Shown: piece by piece, positions 8,626 through 18,643 of the stretch | Numbering within the stretch: the first letter of the stretch is position 1 | How the letters are laid out: each line of letters starts with the position of its first letter | Assembly (NCBI GenBank): GCA_045862955.1 | Contig: BTVI01000050.1 | Coordinates: 1 to 20,268, forward strand | DNA length: 20,268 bases | Reading direction: 5' to 3' | Source: Fimbriimonadales bacterium | GTDB taxonomy: Bacteria > Armatimonadota > Fimbriimonadia > Fimbriimonadales > JABRVX01 | The notes under the pieces: model-generated | Database searches by the model: none | What the model saw: the letters and a program-made list of their open reading frames with translations, nothing else | Told to the model about the DNA's origin: nothing | Translations under genes and position numbers: made by a program

Positions 8626-11214
8626 ATGATTCGTGTATTCATCTCTGCGGTCCTCCCTCTTCTCGCCGGTCCTTCGCCGTCGCTCGTGGCGGACGTTCCC
8701 GGGGAGCCCGACTTAGACGTGCTGTTTATCGAGCAGTGGCCCGTGTACCCGAACTACGGGTTCAACTATCCGGGCAACCTGCCAGTGTTAGTGAAGCCCG
8801 GCTCGGGCAGCAGCGGACAGCCTTTGGTGTATTACTTCACTCGGGACGAGTACGAGGCCAACGTCAAGACCCGGCCGGACAAGGGCGAAGCGCTGACGAT
8901 GACCGCCTACGTCGCCAACAAGGGCGGCGCGAGAGCGCCGGGGAGCGAGTACCTATTCGCGATGGACGGCAAAGTGGTGAAGAAGGGCACGCTGCCGGCG
9001 CTCGAGCCGGGAGAGAAAACCACCATCTCCATCGAGTGGCCCTATGACCCCGGGCGGCACTTCGTCTCGTTCGAGGTGGACCCCCGGAACAAGATCGAGG
9101 AGATCTGCGAGACCAACAACAGACGCGAAGACCCGACCTTCGGCTTCGTGCTGACCATAGCCGCAGGGCCGAACGGCGAATACGGTGCGTTCGGCAAGAC
9201 CCGAAACCTGGTCGGGTCTTACTCCTTCGAAGATTGGTGCCAGGCGCACATCGACAAATGGAGGGAGTACTTCCGCCAGGCGGTGTACCCATCTACTCCC
9301 AAGGGAGTGCAGGCAGGCATCCGCTTCAACTACATCTTTCCGGAGTACGAAGGAGCCGAGCACGAGGCATACAGCGCAAAAGGTGGGTGGTGCAACTGGA
9401 CCATCCACTGGGACCTCGACCGCATCCCTCAATATGCCAAGGGGATTGACGGCGGACTGATCCACGAGCTGGTCCACCAGTGCGGTGTAATAGATAGCTA
9501 CCAGATCGGACTCGGCATGTTGGACAATCTCGCGCGCGATCCCGACACCGGAAGGACCATCGAGATCCCCTACTCCGACCACCGGGCCGTGCACGGCTCC
9601 ATCATGGGTGGCGGATTCCGCGACGAGATTCGCGGCGCGTTCAGCGAACACGAGGCCGCAGCGTTCGATGCGATACTGCGGACCTGGGGCAATCACGCGG
9701 GCTACGGTCTGTACCTCTTCGACATGCCGGAGAGCAACTTCGTGCAGTTCCTGGACAACCGCGGAAAGCCTCTCGCCGGTGCGGCACTCACCATTTTCCA
9801 ACAGTGGGCCTCGCCGTACGAGATGAACGTGTTCAGCCGAAACACCAGCATCGTCACGCCCAAGCACGTTCGACTGGACGACGAAGGCAAGTTCAACCTG
9901 GGGGCTAACCCATACAATACGCTTTGGGTGGTAGGTGGCAACTGCGTGATCATGTACTGCGTGCGAGCCTATGGGCAGAAGGAGTATCACTTCGTAGACG
10001 TGCGCGAGTTCAACCTAGCCTATTGGCGCGGTAGCAGGAAGACGCACACCTACGTGTACCAGACGAACATCGCGCCACTCGGCTCTCCGCCACCCGTCGA
10101 GAACCTGCGGGTGCTGAGCGACCAAAGCGCACGCACCAAGGCCGTGATAGCATGGGATCCCCCTGGTGCGCCGAGCAGGCGCATCGTGAAGTATCGCGTG
10201 CGATGGAACCGAGATTGGAAGTGCGCGCTGCACGAGCCCACCTACGAGACCGTGCAAGAGGTGCCTGCCAACCAACGCACTGCTACCATCGAGTTCCCAC
10301 CGCAACAGGGCTACCTCTGGTTCACCGTGACCGCAGTCGCGGAAGACGGTACGGAGAGCCGAATCGCCGAACCCATCGTCTGGCCGGAGGTGGAGCAGGT
10401 GAAGATGGGGCTGGTACGGCCCATCGGCACGGCGTTCGGTCCGGACGGTGCGATGTACGTGATAGACAATCACATAGGCACCATCTTCGGCGTGGATGCG
10501 GAGGGGAACCTCATCAACATGTCAGACACTGCACTCATCGGCAGTGGAAGCATTACGGACATCACGGTGACACCCTCCAATCGCATCTTCGTGGCTGCCC
10601 GCTGGCAACAGGGCATCGTCGAGATCGATACGAAGACTCACGAGGTGATCAACCGGCTGGGGGAGTCGCAACGCCTTCGCGAAGGCCGGGACGACTTCGC
10701 CTATCCATCTCGAGTCGCCGCGGATGCCCGCAATCGGCTGTTCGCGCTGTATCCCGACCTCGAGCGTATCGAGGTGTACGACCCCGATGGCAAGCGCCTG
10801 GTCACCATCGAGGGGGAGTTCGAAGATGCTCGCGACGTTGCAGTGCATAGTAGCGGTGATCGGCTCATTTTGGCTGTCGCCGAGTTCGGAGCTAACAGGG
10901 TCACCGAGGTGGCGCTGGATGCCGACTCGCTGCAGGAGCTGCAACGCACTACCATCGTAGACGGCACCATGAAGCCCCTGAGCGTCTGCTATGACGAAGC
11001 CGGACGGTTGTACGTCGGCACACAGGAAGGTATCGATCGCTACGAGTCCGGGCAGAAGGTGGCGCACTGGCACAGCACCTTCAACGACAAGGGCCATCAG
11101 GTCTGGGGCATCGCAATCCGTGGAAACGACCTCATCTGTACCGAGGGCAGTGACAACGAGAAGTACTGGATGAAAGGTACCCTCTCCGAGGGGTGGACAC
11201 CCTGTGAGAAGTAG
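8626..11214 (+). CDS. Secreted putative zinc metallopeptidase: CARDB-like Ig domain, HExxHxxGxxD catalytic domain, FN3, NHL-like beta-propeller
   Basis: RBS GGAGGT and signal peptide. CARDB-like VANKGG...VDPRNKIEEICETNN. HELVHQCGVIDSY (HExxH at 9463-9477) and SIMGGG Met-turn candidate. FN3 PPPVENL...WDPP...YRVRW...FTVTAVAEDGTES. NHL-like RPIGTAFGPDGAMYVID and YPSRVAADARNRLF. Confidence 0.75.
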   Translation: MIRVFISAVLPLLAGPSPSLVADVPGEPDLDVLFIEQWPVYPNYGFNYPGNLPVLVKPGSGSSGQPLVYYFTRDEYEANVKTRPDKGEALTMTAYVANKGGARAPGSEYLFAMDGKVVKKGTLPALEPGEKTTISIEWPYDPGRHFVSFEVDPRNKIEEICETNNRREDPTFGFVLTIAAGPNGEYGAFGKTRNLVGSYSFEDWCQAHIDKWREYFRQAVYPSTPKGVQAGIRFNYIFPEYEGAEHEAYSAKGGWCNWTIHWDLDRIPQYAKGIDGGLIHELVHQCGVIDSYQIGLGMLDNLARDPDTGRTIEIPYSDHRAVHGSIMGGGFRDEIRGAFSEHEAAAFDAILRTWGNHAGYGLYLFDMPESNFVQFLDNRGKPLAGAALTIFQQWASPYEMNVFSRNTSIVTPKHVRLDDEGKFNLGANPYNTLWVVGGNCVIMYCVRAYGQKEYHFVDVREFNLAYWRGSRKTHTYVYQTNIAPLGSPPPVENLRVLSDQSARTKAVIAWDPPGAPSRRIVKYRVRWNRDWKCALHEPTYETVQEVPANQRTATIEFPPQQGYLWFTVTAVAEDGTESRIAEPIVWPEVEQVKMGLVRPIGTAFGPDGAMYVIDNHIGTIFGVDAEGNLINMSDTALIGSGSITDITVTPSNRIFVAARWQQGIVEIDTKTHEVINRLGESQRLREGRDDFAYPSRVAADARNRLFALYPDLERIEVYDPDGKRLVTIEGEFEDARDVAVHSSGDRLILAVAEFGANRVTEVALDADSLQELQRTTIVDGTMKPLSVCYDEAGRLYVGTQEGIDRYESGQKVAHWHSTFNDKGHQVWGIAIRGNDLICTEGSDNEKYWMKGTLSEGWTPCEK

Positions 11215-11227
11215 CTTCGGCAACGTG

Positions 11228-12478
11228 TTAGGATTCGTCTGACGCGGGATCGGAGTCGTACTGCAGCAGACGTCGCTCTCCTGTTAGTGCACGCAGCGGT
11301 GTCAGGTCCTGCGTGACCTCTAGCGTACCGAGATACTTACCTTCTGCATCGCGGACTGCGAAGTAGCGGATGTGGATGAACTTGCCGTGCAGTTCGATCC
11401 AGAATTCCGCCACGTTCTGGCGCCCACTGCGGAAATCAGAGAGGATCTGGTCCACGATGTGAACGCTCTTCGGGGGGTGACAGTGCTGCACCGCTCGCCC
11501 AAGGATGGCCTTGCTCCGCGCGAAAATGCGCTCACCCTCCGAGAAGAAGCGAACCCGATCGTCTGCATCCACGAACGTGAGATCGACGGGTAGTGCCGCG
11601 AAGATGCCCTTGATCTGCTCGAAGTCCAGCTGTCCGGTCGGAAAAACCAGCGCGCGGTCCGTGGGAATACTAACAACGTCCTCGCGCTGCCTTGACTGCG
11701 GCGGTCGGTAGGTGTCTCCCGGCTCCACCAGGCACCAACCGTACTTCGGCGATTGCTCCCAGATCTCGCCCCACTCGTCCTCGCTTAGCATCTGCAGCAT
11801 CATGGGTAGGAGGATGTCTTCCTCCTTGCATGTCATGTTTTCTACGATTGTCAGGGCTCGGGTTGCCACGCTGTCGGCAATCGGCTTGAGGTCCCCCGCA
11901 CGCGAGCCGGCCGTTTTCAAACTGCTGTCTAACGCCCTGAGCGCCGCACGAGCCTCGTCGTGCACGGCCCACATCACCTTGGATGGGCCGGTCACGCCGT
12001 GCCTTTCCAGCACCGAGAAAAACAGGTCCTCCTTTCGGCGGTAGTGCTTGTCCACGTCCATCAGGTCGTTCAGGGCCTTTCGCCACTCCTGCAAGGGTTG
12101 GTCGGCATCCCCGTCGTCGGGAAGCTGGCGGATCTGCTCCATAGCGGCGCGCATGCGAGCGCACACTTCACGAATCGCACGGTTCTCGCGAAGTATGGTA
12201 TCTGCCGGGTGGCCCGCGGATATCTGCACGAGAGGCTTCTTGAGAATGTCTTGCACTACAGCGGCGTGGAGGTCGCACATGGACTTGACCTCCTCGACGG
12301 AGACGCCCGAAGCGATGATCTCTTGCTCCATGGCGGCGATCTCGCCGGCGTCGGCCTCCTTCACGATCTCGGTGAGCTGCTGCCGCACACTCTCCGGGTC
12401 CGCCCCGCGGTGAAGGGTCTGGATGATTTCCTTCAGGGTGGCGATGCGCTTTGCGCGATTGTTGATAAGCTCGCTCAT
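11228..12478 (-). CDS. DUF438 / hemerythrin-like / PAS domain protein
   Basis: N-terminal LKEIIQTLHRG...EIAAMEQ...MCDLHA. Hemerythrin-like GHP...EN, HYRRKEDLFF, MWAVHDE, KEEDILLP. C-terminal PAS LPVDLTFVDADDRVRFFS...CHPPKS...YFAVRD...YLGTLEVTQD. RBS GAGGAG. Confidence 0.9.
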   Translation of the reverse strand: MSELINNRAKRIATLKEIIQTLHRGADPESVRQQLTEIVKEADAGEIAAMEQEIIASGVSVEEVKSMCDLHAAVVQDILKKPLVQISAGHPADTILRENRAIREVCARMRAAMEQIRQLPDDGDADQPLQEWRKALNDLMDVDKHYRRKEDLFFSVLERHGVTGPSKVMWAVHDEARAALRALDSSLKTAGSRAGDLKPIADSVATRALTIVENMTCKEEDILLPMMLQMLSEDEWGEIWEQSPKYGWCLVEPGDTYRPPQSRQREDVVSIPTDRALVFPTGQLDFEQIKGIFAALPVDLTFVDADDRVRFFSEGERIFARSKAILGRAVQHCHPPKSVHIVDQILSDFRSGRQNVAEFWIELHGKFIHIRYFAVRDAEGKYLGTLEVTQDLTPLRALTGERRLLQYDSDPASDES

Positions 12479-12642
12479 GGCTTCTCCTCGAATGAAGTTG
12501 CTACACCGAGTGAGTGCACAGGGAGCCTAGGGTACCTCAGCGTTCGGCCCCTCCGACTCGCTCGGCCCAACTTTCGGACCACAGTCCTGCGGCAGAGGCG
12601 AGCCGGCAGGACCGCCGGGCTCGCCGCAGAAACGCCGACATC

Positions 12643-14538
12643 GTGAAACGACGCACGAGTATTGCCTATGCTCTGCTAGTCGGCGCAGCCGCCGCGACCA
12701 CGCTCGGCACAGGTACCGAGGGGAACCCGACAATGCCTCAGGATACAGCGACCCCCGAACCTATCATGATCCGCATCGAGACCTCCGCCCTTCATCAGGG
12801 CCGGATCACACCGCTTCTGTACGGTAGCTTCATCGAGCTTCTGGACGATCACGTTCCGGGAATGTGGGCAGAGATGTTGAACGACAGGGGCTTCGAGGGC
12901 GTCACCCCGCGTGCGTGGTGGTGCTACCACCTCGGCGAGCCTAACATCTGCGACCGCGAGTGGGTGCTAGGACCGGGTGCATCCATCGAGTCGACAGGCG
13001 CGTGGAACGGCCAACGTTGCGCCCGCCTCGCCCCGACCGCATCGGCTGTTAGCACCATCGCGCAGCACGACCTCTCCGTCCGCAAGGGAATGCGATACGA
13101 CTTCTCCGGTTACTTTCGTGCTGACACGCCGAGGTGCCGCGTGCAAGTCAAGCTCGAGGCCTTGCTGCCGGACGAGAGTTGGATGGTGCTCGCGACGAAG
13201 CAGCTAGATGGTCTGAGCACCGACTGGCAGCGACTCGAGTGCGAGCTAGTTTCTGCGGGCACTACCGACCGTGCGGTGTTCGAGCTATCAGTCGAGGGAT
13301 CGGGGGCGGTGTTGTGCGATCGTCTCTCGCTGATGCCCGAGGATAACCTGCTAGGGTGGCGGCGCGACGTGGTAGAGGCCATCCGAAACCTGAGGACGCC
13401 ACTCATCCGCTGGGGTGGTTGCGCCGTGGACCCGGGGCACTACGAGTGGAAGGAGTGTGTGGGACCCAGGGACCGCCGCGTGCCGTTTCCCAACGTGTTC
13501 TGGGGCAGAATCGACTCGAACGACGTAGGCATAGACGAGTTCCTGCAGTTCTGCGAGTTGGTGGGTGCGCAGGCGCTCCTCTGTGTCAGCTTCGCCGACG
13601 GAGCGCAGAATGCGGGTGACCTCGTGCACTACTGCAACGACCCCGCTGCCACGGAGTGGGGCAAGATGCGTGCGGAGAACGGGCATCCCGAGCCGTACCA
13701 CGTAAGGTACTGGCAGATCGGGAACGAGTTAGAGGGTGAGGACTATGCCAACGGCTTTGCTGCGATAGCTTCGGCCATCCGAACGGCCGACCCGACCGCC
13801 AATATCATGGCATCCTACCCATCCACCGAGCTGCTCGCAAGCGCCGCCAAGGTGTGCGACTACGTGTGCCCGCACTTCTATCGCGAGGACTTCGAACAGA
13901 TCGAGAGGGAGCTTCGCGAGGCACACGCGAACGCGCTCGCGGCCGGAGCTAGGCCCGACGTCGCGGTGGGAGTGACGGAGTGGAACTTCACCAACCCGTG
14001 GGGACGAGAGCGCACGCGACTCGCCACAGTGGAGTCCGCGCTCATGACCGCGCGCTTCCTGAACATCTTCCATCGAAACTGCGACGTAGTGCATCTCGCG
14101 TGCCGCTCCAATATGTGCAATAGTCTGATGGACGGCATCATCCACACCCGCCCCTCAGGGGTTCTACTAACCCCCGCTTACCACGTTATGAAGCTGTACA
14201 CCGAGCACGCGAAGTCCGTGCCTTTGGGCGTCGGCGCCCTGCCAGAGAGCGTCGAAGCGTCGGCGTGCGCCAACGAGGATCGCTCCGCGGTGTGCGTGTT
14301 CCTCACCAACTGGCGATACGAGCAGGTCACTATACGTCTGGACCTGTCGGCATTCGGCGAGCGCTTCATCGTGCACTCCGCGGAGGTAGTTCACGACACC
14401 CGAGACATGCGACAGATGGATGTGATGAATCACTGGACGGCGCCCGAGCGCATCCGCACCACGCCGCTGGCTGTCACCGGCAACACGATCACCCTTCCCC
14501 CGCTTTCGGTAGCGGCTGTCGAGTGCCGACGGACCTGA
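12643..14538 (+). CDS. GH51 alpha-L-arabinofuranosidase-like protein with CBM4/9-like insert, probably secreted
   Basis: LLYGSFIE, GMWAEMLNDRGFE, IRWGG, YEWKECVGP...RR, GIDEFLQFCE, YWQIGNE (acid/base Glu), VTEWN (nucleophile Glu). GTG 12643 gives signal-like MKRRTSIAYALLVGAAAA. ATG 12733 is an alternative start. Confidence 0.88.
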   Translation: MKRRTSIAYALLVGAAAATTLGTGTEGNPTMPQDTATPEPIMIRIETSALHQGRITPLLYGSFIELLDDHVPGMWAEMLNDRGFEGVTPRAWWCYHLGEPNICDREWVLGPGASIESTGAWNGQRCARLAPTASAVSTIAQHDLSVRKGMRYDFSGYFRADTPRCRVQVKLEALLPDESWMVLATKQLDGLSTDWQRLECELVSAGTTDRAVFELSVEGSGAVLCDRLSLMPEDNLLGWRRDVVEAIRNLRTPLIRWGGCAVDPGHYEWKECVGPRDRRVPFPNVFWGRIDSNDVGIDEFLQFCELVGAQALLCVSFADGAQNAGDLVHYCNDPAATEWGKMRAENGHPEPYHVRYWQIGNELEGEDYANGFAAIASAIRTADPTANIMASYPSTELLASAAKVCDYVCPHFYREDFEQIERELREAHANALAAGARPDVAVGVTEWNFTNPWGRERTRLATVESALMTARFLNIFHRNCDVVHLACRSNMCNSLMDGIIHTRPSGVLLTPAYHVMKLYTEHAKSVPLGVGALPESVEASACANEDRSAVCVFLTNWRYEQVTIRLDLSAFGERFIVHSAEVVHDTRDMRQMDVMNHWTAPERIRTTPLAVTGNTITLPPLSVAAVECRRT

Positions 14539-14581
14539 CGGGAGCAGGATAGAGATCCGCGACGGCGAAGCCCGGCGTGTG

Positions 14582-15790
14582 ATGACCGAAGCATCGAACC
14601 CACGTCCCGCCATGCCCCGCAGCGTGTGGGCGCTCGGGTTCGTCAGCCTCCTGATGGACACCTCCTCCGAAGCCGTCCACGCAGTCCTGCCGCTCTTCCT
14701 GGTTTCCACCCTGGGCGCCTCCACCATCGCGGTCGGCCTCATCGAGGGCTTCGCCGAAGCGATCGCATCCATTACGAAACTGTTCTCGGGCACGCTCAGC
14801 GATCGGCTCGGGAAGCGCAAACTGCTCACCGTGACGGGCTATGGTCTCGCTGCGGTCACCAAGCCCGTGTTCGCACTGGCAGGGACAGTGGGTTGGGTGG
14901 TTGCGGCGCGCTTCGTCGATCGCGTCGGTAAGGGTATCCGTGGCGCGCCCCGCGATGCACTGGTAGCAGACTTGACACCTCCCGAGATTAGGGGGGCGGC
15001 GTTCGGGCTGAGGCAGTCGCTAGATACGGTGGGTGCGCTGTTAGGTCCTGCCCTCGCGCTCGTTGTCATGTCGCTCTCCGAAAACTCCTTTCGTTTTACG
15101 TTCTGGATTGCCACTACTCCAGCCGCACTGTCGGTCTTACTACTGCTCACCGCCGTACACGAACCCTCTGCGATACGAAGAACCCCGACAACGGTCCCCA
15201 GCATGAGCCTCCGGGCGCTCGGCCGTCTCGGTCGGCCCTACTGGATCGTGATTGTCATCATTGCAGTGTTCTCGCTCGCGCGCTTCAGCGAGGCATTTCT
15301 CCTGCTTCGCGGCGAGTCGTTGGACATGAAGCTCGCCGCAGTGCCCATCGTGATGATCGTGATGAACGCAGTGTACGCGGGTTCTGCTTGGCCCGCGGGC
15401 ATTGCGTCGGACCGGCTTGGCAGAGTGGGGGCACTCGCGCTGGGTCTCCTGTTCCTAGTGTTAGCGGACGTACTGCTTGCCGTTGCAGGGGGCGTGGCGG
15501 TGCTTCTCGTGGGAGTGGCACTTTGGGGACTGCACATGGGCTTCACCCAAGGCGTACTGGCTGCGATGGTGGCAGATCGCGCTCCGTCCGACCTGCGGGG
15601 AACGGCTTTCGGCGTGATGAACCTGGTGCTGGGTGTGTCTGCGCTTGCCGCCAGCACCGTGGCTGGACTGCTCTGGCATCGCTATGGTCCTTCCGCGACC
15701 TTCGCGGCCGGCGCGGCATTCGCCCTCGTTGCACTGCTGGCCCTTCCCGCCGTGCGCGCCCCTGCAACTCCAGACACACCGCACCATTGA
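14582..15790 (+). CDS. MFS transporter
   Basis: About 12 hydrophobic segments. Motif A GTLSDRLGKRK and its repeat GIASDRLGR. DRVGKGIRGAPRDAL and RGAAFG. Confidence 0.93.
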   Translation: MTEASNPRPAMPRSVWALGFVSLLMDTSSEAVHAVLPLFLVSTLGASTIAVGLIEGFAEAIASITKLFSGTLSDRLGKRKLLTVTGYGLAAVTKPVFALAGTVGWVVAARFVDRVGKGIRGAPRDALVADLTPPEIRGAAFGLRQSLDTVGALLGPALALVVMSLSENSFRFTFWIATTPAALSVLLLLTAVHEPSAIRRTPTTVPSMSLRALGRLGRPYWIVIVIIAVFSLARFSEAFLLLRGESLDMKLAAVPIVMIVMNAVYAGSAWPAGIASDRLGRVGALALGLLFLVLADVLLAVAGGVAVLLVGVALWGLHMGFTQGVLAAMVADRAPSDLRGTAFGVMNLVLGVSALAASTVAGLLWHRYGPSATFAAGAAFALVALLALPAVRAPATPDTPHH

Positions 15791-15821
15791 CGACGCTACC
15801 ATCGGGCGGGCAGAATAGCCG

Positions 15822-15910
15822 GAGCGCAGATTCGGGAGCCGATGGGCCGAGCCTCCATTCCCTGGCATGTCCACCGCCATGCAGCCCGTGAGCGCAGAAT
15901 CGGGAGCCGA
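15822..15910 (+). repeat. 21-bp direct repeat pair in the intergenic region upstream of the second peptidase
   Basis: GAGCGCAGATTCGGGAGCCGA (15822-15842) and GAGCGCAGAATCGGGAGCCGA (15890-15910): one mismatch, 68-bp period. Confidence 0.8.
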
Positions 15911-15964
15911 GAGCTGCGCCGGGACATGAAGGCTTCGCTGTCGGGCTCGTAAGAAGGAGTGACC

Positions 15965-18583
15965 ATGCTCGGCATAGCACTGATCACGGCATTCGTCGCA
16001 GCACTTGTCTCGTCCGGTACTACCTCCAGGCAAGACCTGGTCAACTACAACCTGCACACCATGCGCGGTTACGGCAAGTGCAAGGTCGAGCTCGAGAATG
16101 CACCCATCCAGTTCTTCCACGAGAGCTTCGATGGCAGTGATGCGAGCGGCTTCGCGGTCAGTGCGGACGCTCCGTGCATCCTGCGCGTGCGCCTGTCCGA
16201 TCCCATCGAGATACGCGCCCTCCGTGCGTCCTTCTTCATGGGTCGCGACCTGGGCGGCGTGGACTGGGAGCTGCTCGACATGGACGAATCGGGCAATCTC
16301 GGCACCACCCGTTTCGCGCACCGAACCACGAAGCTTGGCCAACCCGACGAGGTCGCTCTACCGCAGCCGCTACGAATCAAGAACTTCGCATTCCGATTCA
16401 CCAAGCTGCTCACAGACCTCACTCCTGCCCCTCGCGGCAATATGGACTTTCGAATCGGAGAGCTGAACATTCTCGTCCCCAATGGGCCCGTGCTCTACGT
16501 CGCTACCCCCAACGAGAAGTGGCTCTTCGAACCTGGCTTCTATCCCTTCGAGGTAGGTGTAGGCCGCACAGTGCCCTGGACCGGCTGGACTATCACTGCC
16601 GACGGCAAGCGCACCCAGACCGTAGAAGGCGTGACTTTCACCTCCTCTAATCCCGAGGTCGCGAGCATGCAAGGCAACGTGATGCGCACTCTCTCCCCCG
16701 GCGAGACCACGATTCGCGCCGTTCACAGAGGCGGCATGTCGCACGAGGTACCCGTAATCGTTCGCGCAAAAGGCAAGGCCGGGGTGGACCTCGACGTGAT
16801 ACGTATAACGCGCCTCGTGCTGAATGACGACAGAGGCGAATGGGAGGTTCTATCGCGCCGAGGAGCGAAGCAGGTGCCCATCCGCGGTGACAGGGTGCGA
16901 TACCGAGCCGAGATCATCAACCTCGGCCAAGACACCGCCGAGGGTGTAGTCGCGGTGTGGTCGGTAGACGGAAAGGTGGTGAAGACCGAGAAGCTGCCGG
17001 CGTTGAAACCCGCGGGCCAGCTGGTAGAGAGCGGTGAGTTCCTTACCCCCGAAAAAACCGATCCGATCATGGCTCACGAGAACCGCGCATTCACGCAAGC
17101 CGATACTACCTGGACGAACAAGCGGCAGGCTATCACCGTCGAGGTACGAAGTGATACGCCGAGGGGTCATCGGGGTGAGCTGAACCCCGACAATAACAAG
17201 ATGACGATCGCCTCTGACTCCCTTTGCTTTGCCTACTACACTACCGAACTCGGCTATCACCGCTTCACTAACGCTCAGCAAGAGGGCCTGAAGGCCGGCG
17301 GCGTGACCGAGGATGCTCGAGCGAAGGTCGCAGAGAGCTACGGAAAGAAGTCGCCTTTTTGGCGCACCGAGCCGGCAATTCTTTCGTCCTCCATCTACGA
17401 TTACATAGCCCGCACCTGCAGGGCATGGGACGATCAGTGTGCGATCAGTATCTATCCACTAACACCCAATGGTATCACCACACGCTTTCGCCCGAAGGTA
17501 GTGATCGTCGAGGAGCCCGCTGACGCTTGGGCGACGTGGGGTGAGGGGGGCGGACGCGCCGTGTGGGCGGACGAAGAGACCGACGTCTCGTGGGGATGGC
17601 TCGCGGACGCCACGTTCCCTTGGGACGAGTGCATGAACGCCGCTTACGTCAGGGAGAACATAACTAACTGCGGGTTCCTGTGGATGGACGCCCCAATGCT
17701 TCACGAAGCGAGCCATGCACACGGCCTAGTGGACCTATACATCGCGCCCATGAAGAACAACGAGGTGATGTGGAAGGACGAACGAGGCAACCGACTGTGG
17801 CCCGACGATAGAGGCGGCGTTTGCGATATGCGGGTCCGCTGGACTCGCGTCGGCCCCATGCGTGGGGAGGCCACTATGATGGATGGCAACTACGTCGGAG
17901 GATACTCGGAGCACTGCGCTGCGGCCATGGAGCGCATGGCTACCAAGAGAGGGCGCTACATCCCGGCCAATAACTGCTCGGGAAACGCATCGTTCGGCGA
18001 GTACTTCAACGACGTTGCGGAGCGCAACATCCTGGAGCTGTGGACCACCGATGGCAAGCCCGTGGTGGGAGCGAAGGTGGAGATCGCCAAGCGCGAGGAC
18101 CGCACCGGCTTCTGCAACGAGAAGCCGGACATCGTGGGATATACCGATGCCCGCGGGCAGTTCAACATGGGTAACAACCCGGTGGATTGGCCCGGCAACA
18201 CTGCTCCCGTGCCACGTGATATTCCCTTTGCCAACGCCTACTACCAGCTACACCACCTCGGTGCGACGGGGAGCGACCACTGTGCCATCCGTATCACCAC
18301 CGCAGAAGGCAAACGCTACTACAAGTTCCTGAGCTCGTTCGACCTGAACCTCGCGTACTGGTACAAGTACGGCATCGAGCCGAACGGCTGGCCAATCCCC
18401 TCGCCGCTCCCTTACAGCGAGGTGATACTAGCCTTCACCCTCGACCCCAACATTACTGAGGCCGAGGCCGTGCGTCCAGAGCACTCTGCAGAGGTGCCGA
18501 CATTCGGAGTCGAGCTGCCCTTCCAGGGTCGCCACCGCCCAGAGTACCTACGCATCCAGGAGTGGCGTTTCCGGCGGCAGTAG
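15965..18583 (+). CDS. Secreted putative zinc metallopeptidase, paralogue of 8626-11214: N-terminal beta domain, Big_2-like Ig, CARDB-like, HExxHxxGxxD domain
   Basis: RBS AAGGAG 5 nt before ATG 15965 and signal peptide. Big_2-like VTFTSSNPEVASM...GETTIRA. CARDB-like AEIINLG...GELNPDNN. HEASHAHGLVDLY (HExxH at 17702-17716) and TMMDG Met-turn candidate. Confidence 0.75.
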   Translation: MLGIALITAFVAALVSSGTTSRQDLVNYNLHTMRGYGKCKVELENAPIQFFHESFDGSDASGFAVSADAPCILRVRLSDPIEIRALRASFFMGRDLGGVDWELLDMDESGNLGTTRFAHRTTKLGQPDEVALPQPLRIKNFAFRFTKLLTDLTPAPRGNMDFRIGELNILVPNGPVLYVATPNEKWLFEPGFYPFEVGVGRTVPWTGWTITADGKRTQTVEGVTFTSSNPEVASMQGNVMRTLSPGETTIRAVHRGGMSHEVPVIVRAKGKAGVDLDVIRITRLVLNDDRGEWEVLSRRGAKQVPIRGDRVRYRAEIINLGQDTAEGVVAVWSVDGKVVKTEKLPALKPAGQLVESGEFLTPEKTDPIMAHENRAFTQADTTWTNKRQAITVEVRSDTPRGHRGELNPDNNKMTIASDSLCFAYYTTELGYHRFTNAQQEGLKAGGVTEDARAKVAESYGKKSPFWRTEPAILSSSIYDYIARTCRAWDDQCAISIYPLTPNGITTRFRPKVVIVEEPADAWATWGEGGGRAVWADEETDVSWGWLADATFPWDECMNAAYVRENITNCGFLWMDAPMLHEASHAHGLVDLYIAPMKNNEVMWKDERGNRLWPDDRGGVCDMRVRWTRVGPMRGEATMMDGNYVGGYSEHCAAAMERMATKRGRYIPANNCSGNASFGEYFNDVAERNILELWTTDGKPVVGAKVEIAKREDRTGFCNEKPDIVGYTDARGQFNMGNNPVDWPGNTAPVPRDIPFANAYYQLHHLGATGSDHCAIRITTAEGKRYYKFLSSFDLNLAYWYKYGIEPNGWPIPSPLPYSEVILAFTLDPNITEAEAVRPEHSAEVPTFGVELPFQGRHRPEYLRIQEWRFRRQ

Positions 18584-18643
18584 CGGACCCATGCATGCCA
18601 GCCCTCTTCTGCTGCGTGCGGTCCACCCGTCGGATAACAGTGT

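Noticed and set aside
12597..12625. Hairpin GGCGAGCC...GGCTCGCC before the GH51 gene as a terminator or riboswitch
   Set aside because: No U-tract and no recognisable aptamer. Such stems are common at this GC content.
2615..16342. Long antisense or alternate-frame ORFs (e.g. 2615-3517, 8953-9990, 15461-16342)
   Set aside because: They are shadow ORFs of GC-rich genes with no recognisable motifs.
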